Below are positions 63,654 to 64,000 of a stretch of 64,000 bases of DNA, piece after piece. Below the pieces are notes generated by a model. That model saw nothing but the letters and a program-made list of their open reading frames with translations. It was not told the DNA's origin and did not search any database. How positions within the stretch are numbered: position 1 is the stretch's first letter; every line of letters starts with the position of its first letter. The DNA is from Polymyxa betae A26-41. Its lineage: Eukaryota; Protista; Endomyxa: Phytomyxea. The stretch covers positions 124,001-188,000 of the forward strand of contig RBZT01000578.1 of assembly GCA_003693705.1 (NCBI GenBank). The letters run 5' to 3'. A program made the position numbers and the translations under genes.

Positions 63654-63974
63654 ATGAAGGTTGAGCGCCCCGTTACCGACGATATGGAACTGCAGCGAGA
63701 CATCGATGAGGCGCTGGAGAAACTAAATATCAAGCTGCCGGTGCGGCCACGATCCGCCATGTCGTTCTTCATCGAAGAGAATAATGCATGTCCGAACGCG
63801 AAGAGCGTCTGGGATAAACTGGACGGAGAAGATCGAATGATGTATTTGGCAATGGAGGCGTCCGATAGAGAGCGGTACCAGCGAGAAGTTAATCTGCTCA
63901 CAGATCGTCTGATGGCGTCTAAAAGCGCTTACGAACTGGTAACGCTGAACCCGTCATCATTCAGAAAAATTTAA
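63654..63974 (+). CDS. Small HMG-box protein
   Basis: PVRPRSAMSFF...WDKL...RMMYLAMEASDRERYQRE. Confidence 0.7.
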   Translation: MKVERPVTDDMELQRDIDEALEKLNIKLPVRPRSAMSFFIEENNACPNAKSVWDKLDGEDRMMYLAMEASDRERYQREVNLLTDRLMASKSAYELVTLNPSSFRKI

Positions 63975-64000
63975 ATGTGTTAGTTTTGTGAGAAAGAACG

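Noticed and set aside
34757-63974. Mating-type locus (TALE homeobox plus HMG box)
   Set aside because: The genes are 28 kb apart among housekeeping genes, and the HMG box looks HMGB-like (RSAMSFF) rather than MATA/SOX-like.

Overview
Gene-dense eukaryotic nuclear DNA with about 40 protein-coding genes, many short (mostly ~45-70 nt) GT-AG introns and very small intergenic gaps. Flagellar/centriolar genes (CCDC96, EFCAB9-like, QRICH2-like, a CEP164-type WW protein) point to a flagellated protist. The architecture resembles plasmodiophorids (Phytomyxea, Rhizaria), but that assignment is inference. Recognisable genes include WDR3/UTP12, PEP mutase, a Gbp2-like RRM protein, NSE3/MAGE, Timeless, ING, SMIM14, VDAC, MLF, a FYVE-ELMO protein, an F-BAR/RhoGAP, HemK, PSMB4, a TALE homeobox, a BioD-like P-loop protein, PX-WD40, a TEY MAPK, SmD3, ALDH3, ROK fructokinase, a dual-specificity phosphatase, LCB1, PEX12, Myb-repeat proteins and an HMG box. 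Most notable: (1) a phosphonate-pathway PEP mutase with a mitochondrial-presequence-like extension and 9- and 18-nt microexons; (2) a non-coding 225-bp tandem duplication built from recurring hairpins; (3) a second hairpin cluster ending in T10, a candidate ncRNA; (4) an EFCAB9 (CatSper Ca2+ sensor) homologue ending in a CaaX box; (5) a stand-alone BioD-like gene followed by decayed copies. No CRISPR array, rRNA, confident tRNA or intact transposon was seen. Exon boundaries were read by eye, and family calls come from motif recognition, not database searches.
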